From Heteronotia binoei (taxonomy: Eukaryota), in assembly GCF_032191835.1 (NCBI RefSeq), contig NC_083235.1:15810001-15874000 (forward strand): a stretch of DNA of 64,000 nucleotides. The letters are read 5' to 3'. Under the pieces are notes generated by a model. It was not told where the DNA came from. It did no database searches and saw only the letters and a list, made by a program, of their open reading frames with translations. Made by a program: the position numbers and the translations under genes. Positions 60,666 to 64,000 of this stretch are shown one piece after another. Within the stretch, counting starts at the first letter, position 1; the number at the start of each line of letters is the position of its first letter.

Positions 60666-61279
60666 AGGTTGCCAATCGTAGGTGCAAACAGATGGTTATG
60701 AGTTTTAAGAGTTCTAAATGGCCCAACAGACACTTTGCCTTCTAAACTTTTGGGTCCGTGTGCTTTTTTAAAAAAAAAAAAATGTTAGAAACCAGCCAGA
60801 ATGTGTGTTTTTTGATAGGTGGATGGAAGCTGCTAGAAACATGTAGTAGTAATCATTTGTGGTCTGGTTTAATCATAGCAAAAATTATGGCTGAGATGGT
60901 TCCACTAGGAGAATAAGAGAAAATGACACCAGTGGGGAAATTTGGCCCAAGAGGTTCCAAATGAGCCAGATGAAGCCAGCTAATAAACTGCACCCAAGAC
61001 AGCCAGATCGCTTTTTAAAAACTTGCTTTAATTTGTCTCTGTGGAGTTTTCCAGTCCAGACTCCCAAAGGACTCCTGTTATCTCTAAGAGAAGTCTGGTG
61101 AGATTAATCATGGAACTTAATGGAGATCCTTAAAAGTTTCTTCAACATGTAAACTGGTTAGCGTAGCAATTATTTAACTTCCTATGTGGCCTACATGTTG
61201 CTTGAGACTTTTCCCATTTGGGCTGTCTTGTTATTATCCTAATTGTAAATTTAAGCTAAATAAAAATGTGCCTTTTGTT

Positions 61280-61560
61280 ATAAGAACATAAGAGAAGCCA
61301 TGTTGAATCAGGCCAATGGCCCATCCAGACAAACACTCTGTGTCACACAGTGGCCAAAAAAATCAAGTGCCAAAAGGAGTTCCACTAGTGGGGCCAGAAG
61401 CCCTCCCACTGTGCCCCCCCAAGCACCAAGAATACAGAGCATCACTGCCCCAGACAGAGAGTTCCAACAATACGCTGTGGCTAACAGCCACTGATGGACC
61501 TCTGCTCCATATGCTTATCCATTCCCGTCTTGAAGCTGTCTATGCTTGTAGCTGCCGCTC
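61280..61560 (-). mobile_element. CR1 3' end
   Basis: ATAAGAACATAAGAGAAGCCATG...; same subfamily as 18070. Confidence 0.75.
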
Positions 61561-62269
61561 ACCATTCTGCATCTGCTTCCATCATAGCTAGTTAGATTAA
61601 ATCCTAGCCCTATCTAGAATGGAGTTCCTAAACAAAGGATACCTGGCAACCTTGGATTTTCTGCTGTTCTTATGCATAGCTGTAATTTGTAATGAGTTTA
61701 AGTACATTGCTTGGCATTTTAAATAGCTGTAAATAGGTACTGGGTGGGGCAGATGGTTGGGTACATATTTCCGTATAACTTATACAGATAGGAGTGTGGA
61801 ACTCCCCTCTCCCATTGTTGAAGTCTTATAACTATTGGCAGGGCTTTTTTTGTAGCAGAAACTCCTTTGCATTTTAGGCCACATACCCCTGATGTAGCCA
61901 GTCCTCCTGGAGTTTACAGTAGGCCATGTACTAAAAGCCCTGTAAGCTCTTGGAGGATTGGCTAAATCAGAGTGTGTGTGGCCTAATATGCAAAGGAGTT
62001 CCTGCTTCAATAAAAGCTCTGACTATTGGGATATTTGGTTAACATAGTTTTTGCCCAGTCATAGACGTGTGATACTCAGGGCTTTTTTAGTAGAAAAAGC
62101 CCAGCAGAAACTCATTTGCATATTAGGCCACACCCCCTGCCACCATTGTTCCACATAGGGCTTTTTGTAGAAAAAGCCTAGCAGGAATTCATTTACATAT
62201 TAGGCCATACACCCCTGAAACCAAGCCAGCCGGACCTGCATTCCTGTGCGTTCTTGCTCCAAAAAAGCC

Positions 62270-62680
62270 CTGATGATACTGAGTACAGTAAATTAATCTC
62301 CCAAGAAGTATATTGCAAAAAAGGTAAACTTACATTTATTCAAATAGATGCAGTTCACATTGAGGCTGCAGTAAAAAATAAAAAAGAGAGAGAGAAAGAA
62401 ATCTCATCTAAAAAGAACTTTCCCTATCACAAATGGCCAGCTTGTCCGGCATCCTGTGTGTGGGAGCAGGAGGGCATTGTCTCTACAGGAGAGAGACCTG
62501 CAGAGACCTACGTACGTCTTCAAGGAAGGCCATGTGAGGTGAGAGTGAGAGGACAAAGGAAGAGGCGGGGTCAAAGGGCAGCTGAAGAGAGGCATCCCAT
62601 TCAAGGAGATAACACTCAGACACACTTAAAGTGATGTAGCCCCCCTCCCCCAATCCAGGCATGCTGAGTCGCTCCAACCA
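62270..62680 (-). repeat. Inverted paralog of the 9320-11140 unique module
   Basis: Shared blocks TGTTATCTCCTTGAATGGG, CACATGGCCTTCC, GGACAAGCTGGCCATTTGTGATAGG, TGAATAAATGTAAGTTTACC, GCAATATACTT. Confidence 0.8.
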
Positions 62681-64000
62681 TAACAACAGGTTTTGTCTGG
62701 TTAAAAATTCATCTGGGTCATGGATTATACATTACAGCAGTCCACCCAAAGCAAATGCAAGCCTTTTTGTAATGGGAAGCTTTACAGTTTCAAATGCTTA
62801 ATAATTCTTTCTGCTGCCACCCATATAAGCTGGAGATAATCCCCAACTGATCCTGTTTGGATCTCTGTAGACCATTACGTGTCGGCTACCAGCAGCACCC
62901 TTACATTCCATGAGCAGGGCGGAGGTTTAGAGCCAAGGCTGCGTAAAAAAACAGGACTGAGAGCCTAGACTCCCGGCTGGTCTGATGGAGGGCAAAAGGC
63001 ATGACCTTTCATTCAAACAACAAGGCTCTAAACACCTGCCTCTTGGCCAGGCCAACCTTAGACCAGCTGCCACCCTAGGCAAGGCTAATTTCTGGCACCC
63101 CGCCCCCTACACTGATGACATCACCCAGCGGGGTTGCCAAATCCCAGGTGGGGGCAGGGGATCCCCCGGTTTGGAGGCCCTCTCCCCACTTCAGGGTCAT
63201 CAGAAAGCGGGACAGAGGAGGGGAATATCTGCTGGGCACTCCTTTATTCTGCCTCGGCGGGGAGGGCGGGGTATAAATAAAATTTTTATTATTTTATTAT
63301 TATTCCCTATGGAGACCAATTCCCATAGGGCAAAATGGAGAATTAATCTGTGGGTGTCTGGGGTTCTAGGGGGCCTGTTTTTTGAGGTAGAGGCACCAAA
63401 TTCACAGCATGGCATTTTTTATCCAGTACCTCTCCCCAAAACACCCTCCAAGTTTCAAAAAGATTGGACCAGGAGGTCCAATTTTATGAGCCCCCAAAGA
63501 AGGTGCCCCATTCCTTCATTATTTCCAATAGAGGGAAGGCATTTAGGGGAATATTAGGGGACGGCCTCGGCCTCTATGTCCTGTCGTTGGCCCTCCAGAG
63601 GAACTAGTTGGCTACTGTGTGAGACAGGATGTTGGACTAGATGGACCAGTGGTCTGATGCAGCAGGGCTCTTCTGAGGTTCTTATGAAGGCCTCAGCCTC
63701 TCTGCCCTGCTGTCGGCCCTCCAGATGAACTGGCTGGCCACTGTGTGAGACAGGATACTGGACTAGATGGTCCACTGGTCTGATCCAGCAGGGCTCTTCT
63801 GATGTTCACCTTTTGAAAATATTGTTTGATTTTCCACTGAATAACAACCATACATCATCTCTTATTTATTTAAAACACATATTAGCTGCCTTTCTCCCAT
63901 GCCAAAGTCAAGATGTATTACAACATCAATAAAAACATAATAAAAATATAAATTCAACAACAATAACAAGAATCTATAAGAAGCCACAACTTAAAAACTC

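Overview
Repeat-dense vertebrate genomic DNA, most likely from a squamate and probably a gecko, judged from Squam3-like, Sauria and 5S-derived SINEs, BovB, CR1, L2, L1, RTE-X-like and Penelope-like elements. It has four N-gaps. The window holds a cluster of five intact single-exon class II olfactory receptor genes of family 1: two OR1L-like (3800-4741 +, 16220-17167 +), a recently duplicated OR1B1-like pair (24133-25068 -, 43873-44808 +) and one OR1K1-like (50138-51076 -). These subfamilies are also neighbours in the human 9q33 cluster. Main observations beyond the gene list: (1) The OR1B1-like pair sits in an inverted segmental duplication (about 19963-32728 vs 38193-46352). Its ends are circularly permuted through hybrid Squam3 SINEs, which points to a circular DNA intermediate. 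(2) A 739-bp near-perfect hairpin insertion (21405-22143) has a 13-bp target-site duplication and carries two outward-facing type I hammerhead ribozyme motifs with complete catalytic cores. (3) A thymosin beta-4 retrocopy with long TSDs was carried along in the duplication; its ORF is open in one arm and broken in the other. (4) A probable gene-conversion tract homogenises the last third of the OR1B1-like pair. All alignments and counts were done by eye, and orthology calls rest on recalled human sequences, so they need database confirmation. Repeat boundaries are approximate (about +/-10-20 bp).
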